A program made the translations under genes and the position numbers. Shown piece by piece: positions 1 through 12,501 of a stretch of 44,017 nucleotides of DNA. Source of the stretch: Macrostomum lignano. Taxonomy: Eukaryota. Every line of letters begins with the position of its first letter. The stretch's first letter is position 1. Below the pieces are notes generated by a model. It did no database searches. It worked only from the letters and a program-made list of their open reading frames with translations, and had not been told where the DNA came from. The DNA is taken from NCBI GenBank assembly GCA_002269645.1, contig NIVC01000810.1:174485-218501 (forward strand), in the 5' to 3' direction.

Positions 1-423
1 AATTTGACTCAGTTTGCGATAGACATGTACTTTAGAAATTTAAAACCATAACCGGAGTTTTTTGTCTTTGAGCGAATCACTAAGTAAAGCTCAATGAGAC
101 TTCAGCTTAGCCTAAGCAGTTGCTCATTATACAGTGCACTGTATCCAACCTGATAAGCCATACATGTATTTCGGTTAGATCCTGCAAAAGCCAACCCTCA
201 AACCATTGCTCAGCTAGAGGGGCAGACAGATCTCTAGGACAATACCATCGGAAGCTGCTCCAGCTCCCCATCCAATAGTGAGTCTTCAAACCTAACGTTA
301 AGTCAACTGTAGCGGCATGGAATGAAAGCCCCCCCCCCTGCAGTCCGTAACAGTCGCAGCTGAGACTGAGCTGGGTTGGTGAGAGGGGGGCTTGATGAAG
401 TCTCGGTTGCTAAGGTCGGGCTC

Positions 424-562
424 TGAGTCAGTCTAGTTGCCATGGACGCGACAATACCCCCCCCCCTAGTTGGCTTTGGGCTATTGAACGATCGGGCATC
501 CGCTGTTCTTAACAACCACCCCTGCAGACGCCCCATCCCCAGGGGCTCCAATCTGTATAAAA
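424..562 (+). promoter_or_regulatory. Putative promoter of the Ly6-like gene (TATA box, AP-1-like and partial X-box-like motifs)
   Basis: TATAAAA at 556-562, about 100 bp upstream of the ATG at 664; TGAGTCA at 424-430; GTTGCCATGG at 436-445. Motif matches only. Confidence 0.35.
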
Positions 563-663
563 AGCCTCACCGCTCTCGGGATTCCGGGCCGCAAAGTAGG
601 CTTCAACCCCGTTTCATTTGTCGCCTCACTGCTGCAGGAACCACTAATAATTACGCCGCCAAA

Positions 664-1249
664 ATGCTAAACAAGACCAGCTCAATCTGCCTTGGACTCG
701 GCGTCCTGGCTGTCTTAGTTGGTAAGCTGACTGAAGTATAAAATGCATAATGTAGCGCTGTCAACCACAGCAACAAACTTGAATTATCATCATCATCTAA
801 AACTGTGTCGCACGCAGGTGTTCGGACACGCCATCAGCTGTCTGACTTACAGCCACATGCGGCATTGAAGGCATCCGGGGCACCCCCACTGTGATGGAGT
901 GCGCCAGCTCCGTCACCACCTGCATTAAGATCAACTTCTTCAATTACACCACTTCGACTTCGGCCGTAAAAACCAATGCCAGCCTTACTGTGAGCAGAGT
1001 AGATACATGAGCTGATTGAGCCCTGTCTCAGCATTGACCCAGCCATACAGCAGCTCTGCTCACTCACCGCACTCGCATTCTCAGGTGTACTCTGGCGCCT
1101 GCGGCAGCTGCACTGGCTTGCCGTCGAATTACATCTGCACCGCCTGCAGCAGCGACCAGTGCAACTCCGCCTTTGCTGCTGTGCGGGCTGCCGCTCCGCT
1201 GACTCTGGCGCTGCCGCTCCTGATGGCCGCTGCCCTGCACAGCTTCTAA
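664..1249 (+). CDS. Small secreted, probably GPI-anchored Ly6/uPAR (three-finger)-like protein, ~119 aa
   Basis: join(664..721,853..989,1085..1249), GT-AG, phases 1 and 0 consistent. N-terminal signal peptide MLNKTSSICLGLGVLAVLV; ECASSVTTCIKI; terminal C-x2-C-x4-CN motif (CTACSSDQCN) followed by a hydrophobic GPI-type tail (AFAAVRAAAPLTLALPLLMAAALHSF). The exon 2 acceptor (ctgacttacag, 852) is inferred. Confidence 0.7.
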
Positions 1250-1635
1250 AAGCAGCAAGCGAACCTCGGAATTTTGAGAGAAATTAAATTACTGTAAAAA
1301 CGTTGATAGCTTACCGCAATACTCAAGATCAATATTTCTGTTTCACGAATAAAAATAACCTAGATTTTCAGCAACTCAACTTTTTCGATATTATTTTATT
1401 AAATAACTTACAAAATTTACCCTAATCTATATTCCCTTACAAGTATGAGTTTTTATGAGTGTTTTTAATTTCAAAATGTATGAAATTTTTTCATACATTT
1501 TATTCAAAGCTAAATACAATACAACACAGTCTGTCTCTTGATTAAATTTTAAACACTTTCTAAATAATGGAACTCAGTCTAAGTTTCTGATCATTTGACA
1601 GATACCGTTAAAGTGAATTACTGCAAAAAATGAAC

Positions 1636-4559
1636 AGTGATGGTCAGGAGAGGTTCGGAGTGATGGTCAGGAGAGGTTCGGAGTGATGGTCAGGAGAGGT
1701 TCGGAGTGATGGTCAGGAGAGGATCGGAGTGATGGTCAGGAGAGGTTCGGAGTGATGGTCAGGAGAGGTTCGGAGTGATGGTCAGGAGAGGTTCGGAGTG
1801 ATGGTCAGGAGAGGTTCGGAGTGATGGTCAGGAGAGGTTCGGAGTGATGGTCAGGAGAGGTTCGGAGTGATGGTCAGGAGAGGTTCGGAGTGATGGTCAG
1901 GAGAGGATCGGAGTGATGGTCAGGAGAGGTTCGGAGTGATGGTCAGGAGAGGTCCGGAGTGATGGTCCGGAGAGGCTCAAAGTGATGGTCAGGAGAGGTT
2001 CGGAGTGATGGTCAGGAGAGGTTCGGAGTGATGGTCAGGAGAGGTCCGGAGTGATGGTCCGAAGAGGCTCAAAGTGATGGTCAGGAGAGGTTCGGAGTGA
2101 TGGTCAGGAGAGGTTCGGAGTGATGGTCAGGAGAGGTCCGGAGTGATGGTCAGGAGAGGTTCGGAGTGATGGTCAGGAGAGGTTCGGAGTGATGGTCAGG
2201 AGAGGTTTGGAGTGATGGTCAGGAGAGGTTCGGAGTGATGGTCAGGAGAGGTTCGGAGTGATGGTCAGGAGAGGTTCGGAGTGATGGTCAGGAGAGGTTC
2301 GGAGTGATGGTCAGGAGAGGTTCGGAGTGATGGTCAGGAGAGGATCGGAGTGATGGTCAGGAGAGGTTCGGAGTGATGGTCAGGAGAGGTCCGGAGTGAT
2401 GGTCCGGAGAGGCTCAAAGTGATGGTCAGGAGAGGTTCGGAGTGATGGTCAGGAGAGGTTCGGAGTGATGGTCAGGAGAGGTCCGGAGTGATGGTCCGAA
2501 GAGGCTCAAAGTGATGGTCAGGAGAGGTTCGGAGTGATGGTCAGGAGAGGTTCGGAGTGATGGTCAGGAGAGGTCCGGAGTGATGGTCAGGAGAGGTTCG
2601 GAGTGATGGTCAGGAGAGGTTCGGAGTGATGGTCAGGAGAGGTTTGGAGTGATGGTCAGGAGAGGTTCGGAGTGATGGTCAGGAGAGGTTTGGAGTGATG
2701 GTCAGGAGAGGATCGGAGTGATGGTCAGGAGAGGTTCGGAGTGATGGTCAGGAGAGGTCCGGAGTGATGGTCCGGAGAGGTTCGGAGTGATGGTCAGGAG
2801 AGGTTCGGAGTGATGGTCAGGAGAGGTTCGGAGTGATGGTCCGGAGAGGCTCAAAGTGATGGTCAGGAGAGGATCGGAGTGATGGTCAGGAGAGGTTCGG
2901 AGTGATGGTCAGGAGAGGTTCGGAGTGATGGTCAGGAGAGGTTCGGAGTGATGGTCAGGAGAGGTTCGGAGTGATGGTCAGGAGAGGATCGGAGTGATGG
3001 TCAGGAGAGGTTCGGAGTGATGGTCAGGAGAGGTTCGGAGTGATGGTCAGGAGAGGTCCGGAGTGATGGTCCGAAGAGGCTCAAAGTGATGGTCAGGAGA
3101 GGTTCGGAGTGATGGTCAGGAGAGGTTCGGAGTGATGGTCAGGAGAGGTCCGGAGTGATGGTCAGGAGAGGTTCGGAGTGATGGTCAGGAGAGGTTCGGA
3201 GTGATGGTCAGGAGAGGATCGGAGTGATGGTCAGGAGAGGTTCGGAGTGATGGTCAGGAGAGGATCGGAGTGATGGTCAGGAGAGGTTCGGAGTGATGGT
3301 CAGGAGAGGTTCGGAGTGATGGTCAGGAGAGGTTCGGAGTGATGGTCAGGAGAGGATCGGAGTGATGGTCAGGAGAGGTTCGGAGTGATGGTCAGGAGAG
3401 GATCGGAGTGATGGTCAGGAGAGGTTTGGAGTGATGGTCAGGAGAGGATCGGAGTGATGGTCAGGAGAGGTTCGGAGTGATGGTCAGGAGAGGATCGGAG
3501 TGATGGTCAGGAGAGGTTCGGAGTGATGGTCAGGAGAGGTCCGGAGTGATGGTCAGGAGAGGTTCGGAGTGATGGTCAGGAGAGGTCCGGAGTGATGGTC
3601 CGGAGAGGCTCAAAGTGATGGTCAGGAGAGGTTCGGAGTGATGGTCAGGAGAGGTTCGGAGTGATGGTCCGGAGAGGCTCAAAGTGATGGTCAGGAGAGG
3701 ATCGGAGTGATGGTCCGGAGAGGCTCAAAGTGATGGTCAGGAGAGGTTCGGAGTGATGGTCAGGAGAGGTTCGGAGTGATGGTCAGGAGAGGTCCGGAGT
3801 GATGGTCCGGAGAGGCTCAAAGTGATGGTCAGGAGAGGTTCGGAGTGATGGTCAGGAGAGGATCGGAGTGATGGTCAGGAGAGGTTCGGAGTGATGGTCA
3901 GGAGAGGTCCGGAGTGATGGTCCGGAGAGGCTCAAAGTGATGGTCAGGAGAGGTTCGGAGTGATGGTCAGGAGAGGTTCGGAGTGATGGTCAGGAGAGGT
4001 CCGGAGTGATGGTCAGGAGAGGTTCGGAGTGATGGTCAGGAGAGGTTCGGAGTGATGGTCAGGAGAGGTTCGGAGTGATGGTCAGGAGAGGATCGGAGTG
4101 ATGGTCAGGAGAGGTTCGGAGTGATGGTCAGGAGAGGATCGGAGTGATGGTCAGGAGAGGTTCGGAGTGATGGTCAGGAGAGGATCGGAGTGATGGTCAG
4201 GAGAGGTTCGGAGTGATGGTCAGGAGAGGATCGGAGTGATGGTCAGGAGAGGTTCGGAGTGATGGTCAGGAGAGGATCGGAGTGATGGTCAGGAGAGGTT
4301 CGGAGTGATGGTCAGGAGAGGTTCGGAGTGATGGTCAGGAGAGGTCCGGAGTGATGGTCCGAAGAGGCTCAAAGTGATGGTCAGGAGAGGTTCGGAGTGA
4401 TGGTCAGGAGAGGTTCGGAGTGATGGTCAGGAGAGGTTCGGAGTGATGGTCAGGAGAGGTTCGGAGTGATGGTCAGGAGAGGTTTGGAGTGATGGTCAGG
4501 AGAGGATCGGAGTGATGGTCAGGAGAGGTTTGGAGTGATGGTCAGGAGAGGATCGGAGT
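1636..4559. repeat. 23-bp minisatellite (GAGTGATGGTCAGGAGAGGTTCG), ~127 copies
   Basis: Head-to-tail units without spacers; variants GGATCGG, GGTCCGG, GGTTTGG and CCG(G/A)AGAGGCTCAAA. Confidence 0.98.
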
Positions 4560-7513
4560 TGGGATCACAAAAAATTATTTTGCTTAGGTAGACTTAGGCA
4601 GAACGCTCGTTACGTCGGACGGAACTCTCTATGTCTGTCTTCCCACCTCTCAGCACATGAACGGGCATGCCTGTACTGTCGCTATTGACAACAACTTAGA
4701 GGCGATAGGGTAATGGTCGATCACATACCTACCTACCGACAGACCATTTTTAGTATATGGACTGTGTGGGAGCCTATCTGGGGGTAATCTATCAAATGCT
4801 ATCATTGTAAGAGTCGTAAAATTGAGACTTTATGGCTCAACCGGTGTTCCTCTCTCCGCCGGTACGGAGGCTGCCTGACAACACGACCTCCCCATCGCGG
4901 TTGCTTTGGAGATGCGCGCGGATAGAAAGGTTTTCACTGCTGCTCCGTTGCTCAGGATTCAATTGCTCAAGTCGTACAGAGATGAGAAAAGTCTTTAATA
5001 GAGAAGATCCTGAGAATGTTTGAGGCAGTAGAATGCGTATTTCATCTGCATAGACATACTATCGCTGCCTGACTTAATCACAATGATTGAGGATGCAACC
5101 CGAAATAACATCTCCTTTCCTCTTACTCTTATAAGTAGGCAGGTTCTGAGTTTTTCTTCTTTATTTATTCTGACTTGTTTTTGTTAATTTCTAGGACATT
5201 GTACTTCTTTTTGCCGAGTACTTTCGGCAAAAAGTACTTAGCGCGCACCGTCACCCCATCCCCTATTAAATTCCCAAACGGTGACGTAAGGCCTCTGACC
5301 CCTCCTTCCCCCCGATGATTCATCGATGACTCATCACCCACTCTTGCCCAACCTTTTCTCATGCTATTGTTCTCTTCTCAAGATTTCTCATGCGACACCC
5401 ACCCCACCTCCGCTTCTATTGTTCTCGGTTTTGATTCTTTTGTTCTCGATTTCGCACCCAATTATCACATTTTCCTAGATTTTCTCTTTCTATTGTTATC
5501 CTTTTCGCACCCAATTAGCACCTTCTCTCCAATGTTTACTTTTCTATTGTTCTCGGTTCCCCCAATTATCCCCGATTTCCATTTCCTTTATTCTCGACCC
5601 CGCCCTATTATTCTCCATGTTTGATTGCGCAACACTTTCTCGACCTCCCGCTGCGCCAATTATCTCCCACCCCACCTCCGGATTGCGCAATTTCCCCATT
5701 TCTCATGTTGCTATGCCGTTCTCATGCTTCTCATCATGACTCATTCTGACGTCATTTCACCGGCAGCCAATCAGAGAGAGGGAGTCATGGAAACGACCTT
5801 GGAGCGGCGGCTGGGAAGGCTATTAAGGAAGCGGTTTTCGGCGTGAGAACCTTAACTTCGGCTCTCCTCTGGTCCTTCTTTGGACTCACTGTCAGACCCT
5901 GATCTGACCCATTCGTCTATAGGACGAATCTATGCCGGTCCACGGTCTGTTACCGCCCAGCATCTTCAGCCTGAACTACATCAGCGCCTCGTCGCTTCAG
6001 CGCATCGCCGCTTCACAGCCTGCCCGTCTGCAGTCAACAGCCGCCCTCGGTCACTCCGTCGCTCTCTCTCTCTCTGTGCAGCTGCCGGTAAGTTCATATT
6101 ACTAATTTGTGCTCTAATTGCCTTTGCTTATCCGGGGTTTGCCTATTTTCCATTGCTTGATTAGAGAGCTGAGCCAATTGTGATACCGTATCTTTTGCTG
6201 TACTTTTACTCAATAGTGAAGCCGCCTAATTGCCTGATTATTTTGCCTAAGGGCCTAATTATTGATATTAACGATTACTAAACTCCTCATTATTCACACT
6301 TTCACTATCATTTTATTCATGGCTTGCTAAGCCTTTATACCTGGGTGGCAAAGCATAAGGGAGTTTGGGTAAGCTAATGGCCTCTCCCCGTGCAAAGCCC
6401 GACTGTGAGTGCGTGCTGCGGGGCCGCGTGTGCGTGCAGTAGAGGGAAGTAGCGGGTCTTGGCACAGAATGACAGTAGGAAGGTTGCAACCCCATGCTGA
6501 CGCGTCCCTTCGCCCTGAGCAATCTAAACTAGAGACAGTACATGTTCGTCTCACACTACTCTTAGTAATTAAAGTCGCAAGTCAGCCTCGCTCACAGCCA
6601 CAAAGGATCCCCTGCTGAGAAATCCTCCAGGATTGAGCCCAGAGTTCCCGATCATGCCCCAAGCAGAGTCCCTGTACTCGGCTGCATGCGTCTCCCCTGT
6701 TAGCCTAAATCCCCTGGTAACCAATCCAGGCGGGGCTCTAGCCTCGAGAGGTCTGGTAGTAAGATCCAGGTGCGCCAGGTCACATAGAGTGGTGGCAGCC
6801 ACTCGGTCATGCTATGACCGAGTGACCAATATTGCACCTTGGCTACAGGTGGGGTCCATGTGGGTCCTTGGCCCTCTGGTCACGAAAGCGCTACCAAAGC
6901 TATCAATTATGTGGGCTGGACAGTCTGGTGCTGGAGGTCCGTCAGGTCATTGCCCGGTCATAGGCAGCCTACGGTCATGGCCCCCCTATGTTCATACGTT
7001 CGCCTCCCCGCGGAGCCTCAAAGGCGGTTACATCACTTAAATCTATCTACCCAATACCCAATCAGCACGCAGCCAGCGATTGCGAGTACATCTGCACTGA
7101 AACCCCCTGCCCGCCAAACTGGGGGTGGGTGTACTCGGACAGACTATCAATATGCTAAGTCGGGGGGGGGGGGGGTACGTGCCACCTTTTTGGCGCACCT
7201 GCCCATGTGATCGCGTCTTCTGCATGGAAATAAATTGTAAAAAATCAAAGGTTTTCTGTACATGCAGATGGAAGCATTGAAAATAAAAAATAACACTGAA
7301 GACTTACAAAGACCACAAATAATTTAAAATAGATTAAACAGGAAAATTTTATTTTCAGTAACGTAGCAAAACATTGTTTATTTTAATAAGTTTGGAATGT
7401 ATTTAAACAAATTGGTATGGACGTATGTGTTCCTTTGTCCTACAAGACTTTATAAAAGTACATCACATCCTTTCAAAAAAATACGTATTCTCGTATAGAC
7501 CATCAGCAGTCAA

Positions 7514-10500
7514 TCAGCCAAGTCGATCCAGCTGCATCACTTGCGTGGGAGGAATCTCCAGCTCCTGGTTCACCTGAAAGTTTAATATTGTAGCTCCCGT
7601 GATAAAACTCTCCCATTATTAAATTTATAAAAAAAATTTAATATATACGAATACCAATAGAGCTATAACAAAGGCAAGTCATATCAAAATATGACCATTG
7701 GGTCTGCCTCATACCAAAAGCAATAACACATTTCGAACTGAAAAATGAAAACCTCCATTCTCCGCAATGTATTTGGGCCTCCTAAAACTTTCCATGAAAC
7801 GCGTAGTTTCCCGTCCTCTTACTTGAGAAGTCCTTGACTAAATGCTATGACGATAGCGTCCTTCTACTTGAGTAGTCCTTGACTAAATGATATGACGCTA
7901 GCGTCCTTCTACTTGAGAAGTCCTTGACTAAATGCTAAGACGCTAGCGTCCTTCTACTTGAGTAGTCCTTGGCTAAATGCTAAGACGCTAGCGTCCTTCT
8001 ACTTGAGTAGTCCTTGGCTAGATTCTATGACGCTAGCGTCCTTCTACTTGAGTAGTCCTTGGCTAAATGCTAAGACGCTAGCGTCCTTCTACTTGAGTAG
8101 TCCTTGGCTAAATGCTATGACGCGAACATCCTACATGTACTTCAGCTGTCCTCGCCTTGAGGCTGTTGCGTATTTGAACTGCTGAAACTCACCTTGGACG
8201 TGACGTATTGCTGCAGCAGGTGCCTCAGCTCGGCATTCTGCAGCCGCAGCGCGTCTGTCTCGTTCAACAGGCTGGAACGACTTTGCAGCACGCTGCTGTA
8301 CTTCTCCATGCCAGCCAGCAGGGCGTCCCACAGCGCCTCCTTGTCCTCATCTATCAGGCTGCCGTAGCGGGCCCAGTAAGCAGCGTCCTCTGAGTCGTCT
8401 CGCTCTTCGATATCTTTCAGGGTGAACTGCTGGCCGCCGCCTTGGCTCTGGTGCTGGCGCTGCTGGTGGCTGCGCTGCAGCTCCTGCAGTTTGTGACCGG
8501 TGGTTGGGTTTGACATTGGGCTCAAGCCTACTACTGAAGAAGGGGCCGCAGCCCAGTGATTTTGCAGCGGTCCAGGCTCGATTTCAAGTGCAGTCACATT
8601 AATTTGAGGCTAAATTGGAATCTCGGCTTGGGTACCCGTTGGAAAATAATTGTCCCTCAACTGTGTCAAATGGCAAATGAAAAACAGATAGAAAGAAATA
8701 AAATAATAATTGTTTATTGGCAACAAAAATGGATTCATCGAGAGTTATTTATGATAGACAATCATACCGGTTAATGTGCCAATTGGCATAGTTGTGACAA
8801 TTGGCAGAATTGCAGATTTTGCTAGGACAATTATTTCTCGCCGGGTTTTCTGCTCGTGCAATTATCGCCCTTGAGGGCCAACCCCCAAGGCGCAGTGAAG
8901 TGTACATGCCTAACGATAAATAAAGTTAGGGCCGCTGTACCCTCCTGTGTGAGTGTGTGCCTGTGCGTATGTCTGAGTACGTATCCGCGTGCTTGCGTGC
9001 CTGCTCAGTGGAGTCAGCGGAATGGGCAGCAATGCCTCTCGCTGGTTGTGTAACAATGTCGCTCAAAGAGCGCCAGGGTGCACGCAGACCCCTGCTTCTA
9101 TCTTTCATGAAGCCTACTGAAGAAAAGAATATGACGCTAATCTCTTATTAGCAATAATTATAATAATCGAATTCTCACCTGAACAAAGCCGCGAAGAGCC
9201 CGTCGAACCCGGTTGGGGTGAATCAAGGTCACGCGAGACCCGTCCTTGGGCGACACGATGCGTCGAATCTCTTCGGCCGCCTCTTCGCCGGAACCCGCCT
9301 CGGAGCCTCCGCCACCTACGGCGCCCTCTTCCTCCTCCGGCTCGTCCTCCTCGTCGATGGCGCCGCTATCCTGCAGGAAGTAGGGCAGCATCTTGTCGAT
9401 CTCGTCCTCGGAGGTGATGCCCAGAGCTGAGAACACGGCGTCCAGCTGCATCAGGTTGCGCTCGTCCTTCTCCAACGGAGCCAGCAGGGTCTTCAATTTC
9501 TTCTCGATTAGAAATCCGGCCTCGTCGCAGACCAACTCGAGCACGGAGCGAACTATGGACGGGTTGAGCTCGCGGGCTGCCAGACTGCGAGCCTCATCGA
9601 CTGAGCCGAGCTGCTCGAGGCCGGGGGCGTCGCCTCCTTCGCGGCTGAGCATGTCGCGAACCACCTGCGCCACCGGGACGCTCTTGGCTCGGTCCGAGGC
9701 GCTCACCACGGGACCGACGTTGTCGAGGAAGGAGCAGTCCGGCTCCGTCCAGGGGATGCCCAGCTGCTGCTCGTGCAGGACTCGGTCAGCGTCCAGTAGC
9801 CGCTCGGCAAGCTTCTTCGCCTCCTCCTCGTTCATCAGCCAGATGTCGTGGAACTTCTTGCCGTCGGCGCCGAGAAGATTCTTTGCCTTCTTCATCAGGT
9901 CACGAAACTGTTCCGTGACGCGCCTGTTCAAAGTTAAAATGGAGGCGAAGTTAAAAATGGAAGTCTGGATGGATTTTTTTTACCTAGGAAACTTGCAAAT
10001 GGCTATACTCCCCATACTAGGGTCTGAGAAAAGCATCGAAGGTCACCAACGCTTGGCCTGAACATCGGATAAAGCACCCACACCTGAGCACTGAAGCAGC
10101 ACACACCTCACCCTTGGACATCTGAGGAATCACATACCTCACACCTGAGCATCTGAGGAAGCACACACCTCACCCCTGAGCATGAGGCAGCACACACCTC
10201 ACCCCTGAGCATGAGGAAGCACACACATCAGCTCTGAACATGAGGAAACACACACCTCACCCTTGAACATCTGAGAAAGCACACACCTCACCCCTGAGCA
10301 TGAGGAAGCACATACCTCACCCTTGAACACCGTAGGCAGCACATACATAAGTTAATACCCAAACCAAGCAAGCACGGATTAAAAAACTCACCTGTAATCT
10401 TCAGTGAGCTGCTCGTTCTGCTGCTTGAAGTCCTTCTCCTGCTTGCGCAGCTTCACTCGCAGGTTGTTCAGCGCGTCCTGCAGCCGGGTGATCCTTCGCT

Positions 10501-12501
10501 TTTGCAGCGATTTGGTCTGCGTGTTATCCTCTTCGCGCTTCTTCAGCACTTGAAAATTGTACTCGAGCTTCTCCAGGTTCAGCTGAAACGTAGCCTTCAT
10601 CATCTGCACCTGCTGTTGCAGCCGCTCGACGTCCTGCTCGAGAGTGACCTTTAACTCGTTGAACTCCTCGGCGTGTTGGGTTCGCAGGGCGCTCAGCTGA
10701 TCCTCGAAGTCGTCAACGCGAAGCTGCCTGGCCTGAAGGTACTCGTTCTGCCGGTCCACAATCTGCTTCATCAACGCCTCCCAATCCGACGTCTGTCGCT
10801 CCATCGTGTCCTCCCGCTGTTGAACGAAGGCTTTTTCAATCTGCAGCAGCTCCTGCTTGTAGGCTCGAGTCATGGTTCGCACCTGCTCTTCCATTCGCTC
10901 CACCAGCAGGTCGATTTCTTCCGACTGTTTCTTCAACTCTTTCACGTAGAGCTCGTCTTTGGCTTTGAGCTCGAATAGCAGCTCGTTGATGAGTTTGTTC
11001 TTCTCGTCGATTAGCGAGTCGCAGCCCTCCTGCTGAGCTTGCAGCATCTCGTGCAGATCCTGATAATTTTTTGAGGCATCGCATGCTTAATATCCACTAT
11101 CTGTCTTAGTGCTTGTCTCTGCGTGTGTTTTCGTCTGTGTACCTGCGTCTGCTTGCCTTTCTGTCTGCCTGTCTGTCTGACTGTATGTCTCAGTGTCTCT
11201 GTGACAGAATCCTAGTTTATCTTAGTGTCTGTCTGTCTGTTTGTCTACTCAGCAAGCTCTAAAAATGCCTCTAAATAATCCCTACCTGCGGAATCTCCTT
11301 CTGCAACGCGATCTCCCACTTCTTGGTGATGTCGTCGAACTTCTCGGTGGCGGCCTTGGCCTCGGCCTCCAGCTTCTCTCGTCGCAGTCGACGCGCCTCG
11401 TCATCCTCGATGCGGCGCGCGTTCTCCCTGGCGTCGCCAGCCACGCGGACGTTGGTGAGAAATTCGTTGCCGTCGCGCAGCAGCTTCGTGTTGCGCTGCC
11501 GGCTGGCCTCGATCTGCTTCAGGCTCTTGCTGAGCTCCTCGATCTTCACGCCCTCCTCCTCGTCTGTCCCTTCGGCCCTGGAGATTGTGTTTGGGTTAAC
11601 CATTTAGGCAATTCGATTTAAAATTATTCTTATTTAACTAAAGCTTTACTGTTTCTATTGAAAAACTGTATATTTCTAAAAAAGTTTTGAAGAATTAAAA
11701 CAAACTAATATTTTTAAGTATCGATTTAGATTTCTATGACTTCGTTCTCTGTTATGTAAAATGTAAAAATCCTTGACAATAATTTCTATTTTTTACATCA
11801 GATAGTAGCTCATAGAAAGATAGTCGGGAAATCAAATCTTCTTCTTAATTCTCAATTAAGCAATGTATACTATGCATGCTTTATAAATATCAAAATTATT
11901 AGTAATTTTTAGACAGTCTTTCAATAGCTTTTGAATTCTTTTTTTCACAACATTTAAAACAGTAAAGTTTAAAATAAGCAAAGTCATTTAAGTTAAGAAA
12001 TCAATATGTCTATGAGGTATTAATATGCTCCCACAGAATATTATATGATAGCCAAACTAATATGATTTTGTAGTAGTTAAGTAAAGAAAATAGCTGGGAT
12101 CATTTCATGCTTAACCAAAGATAAATTTCAAAAGCAGGGTTAAAATTACAAGATAGTTATAAATTTTATGCATTATTGAAATGGAAAAATAATTATTTCT
12201 ATTGTTGCATAAGATTTTATGGATACTTGCATAAATAAAATAAGTTGTACTGTAAAGTCTTGCACGAGAGCTGATGAAAATTATATCTGCTTTATGTTTT
12301 CCTATAATTTTAAATTTAAAACGCATTTATGCAGTATGTTTAGTTCAATTCGAATCAAAGGACTGGAGTTCCTTAATCGTACCTTCTTTGTGCTTCAATG
12401 CGTCGTTCGATACGCAGACGTCTTGCTTGAATTCTTTCCTGGATGTCTTCTGATTCAACGGTAGGTTCAGGCTCTTCATCTTTCTCTTGACTGTTCTTCA
12501 T
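7514..12501 (-). CDS. DRC1: Dynein regulatory complex subunit 1 (CCDC164), 724 aa, 6 exons
   Basis: complement join 12501-12383, 11577-11286, 11059-10392, 9923-9179, 8483-8193, 7573-7514 = 2175 nt, all GT-AG and in phase. Recognisable DRC1 motifs: QERIQARRLRI, DEKNKLINEL, EKLEYNFQVLKKR, DIWLMNEEEAK, LVCDEAGFLIE, IHPNRV, LWDALLAGMEKY, VNQELEIPPTQV. Confidence 0.95.
7811..8123. repeat. 45-bp minisatellite, ~7 copies, in the last DRC1 intron
   Basis: Unit CTTCTACTTGAGTAGTCCTTGGCTAAATGCTAAGACGCTAGCGTC recurs at 7861, 7906, 7951, 7996, 8041 and 8086. Confidence 0.95.
8611..9076 (+). repeat. Dispersed ~250-bp repeat, copy A, interrupted by a MITE
   Basis: 8611-8631 plus 8847-9076 is the approximate reverse complement of 23864-24112. 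Confidence 0.85.
8634..8846. mobile_element. MITE-like element, ~213 bp, with ~22-bp imperfect TIRs
   Basis: Left end ACCCGTTGGAAAATAATTGTCC versus right end GGACAATTATTTCTCGCCGGGT (inverted). The segment is absent from the second copy of the host repeat at ~24090. Confidence 0.7.
10070..10345. repeat. Degenerate ~30-bp minisatellite in DRC1 intron 3
   Basis: Recurring GAGGAAGCACACACCTCACCCCTGAGCAT-like units. Confidence 0.85.

Noticed and set aside
818-852. VFGHAISCLTY reading resembling a canonical Ly6 start
   Set aside because: Needs two frameshifts to join exon 1 and the downstream Cys frame; the acceptor at 852 joins them with none.
1636-4559. CRISPR-like regularity of the 23-bp repeats
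   Set aside because: Units are contiguous with no unique spacers, there are no cas genes, and the context is eukaryotic and spliced.
5846-5870. AACCTTAAC resemblance to a spliced-leader 5' end
   Set aside because: No further match to flatworm SL sequences as I recall them, and no leader-terminal ATG/GT donor or Sm site.
5760-6640. Possible solo LTR (CCAAT, TGACGTCA, TATA-like motif, internal splice donor)
   Set aside because: No matching second LTR, TG..CA termini, TSD or convincing PBS could be identified by eye.
9393-10061. 222-aa plus-strand ORF and similar antisense ORFs over DRC1, bestrophin and the LINE
   Set aside because: Antisense shadows of GC-rich coding exons, with no recognisable motifs.
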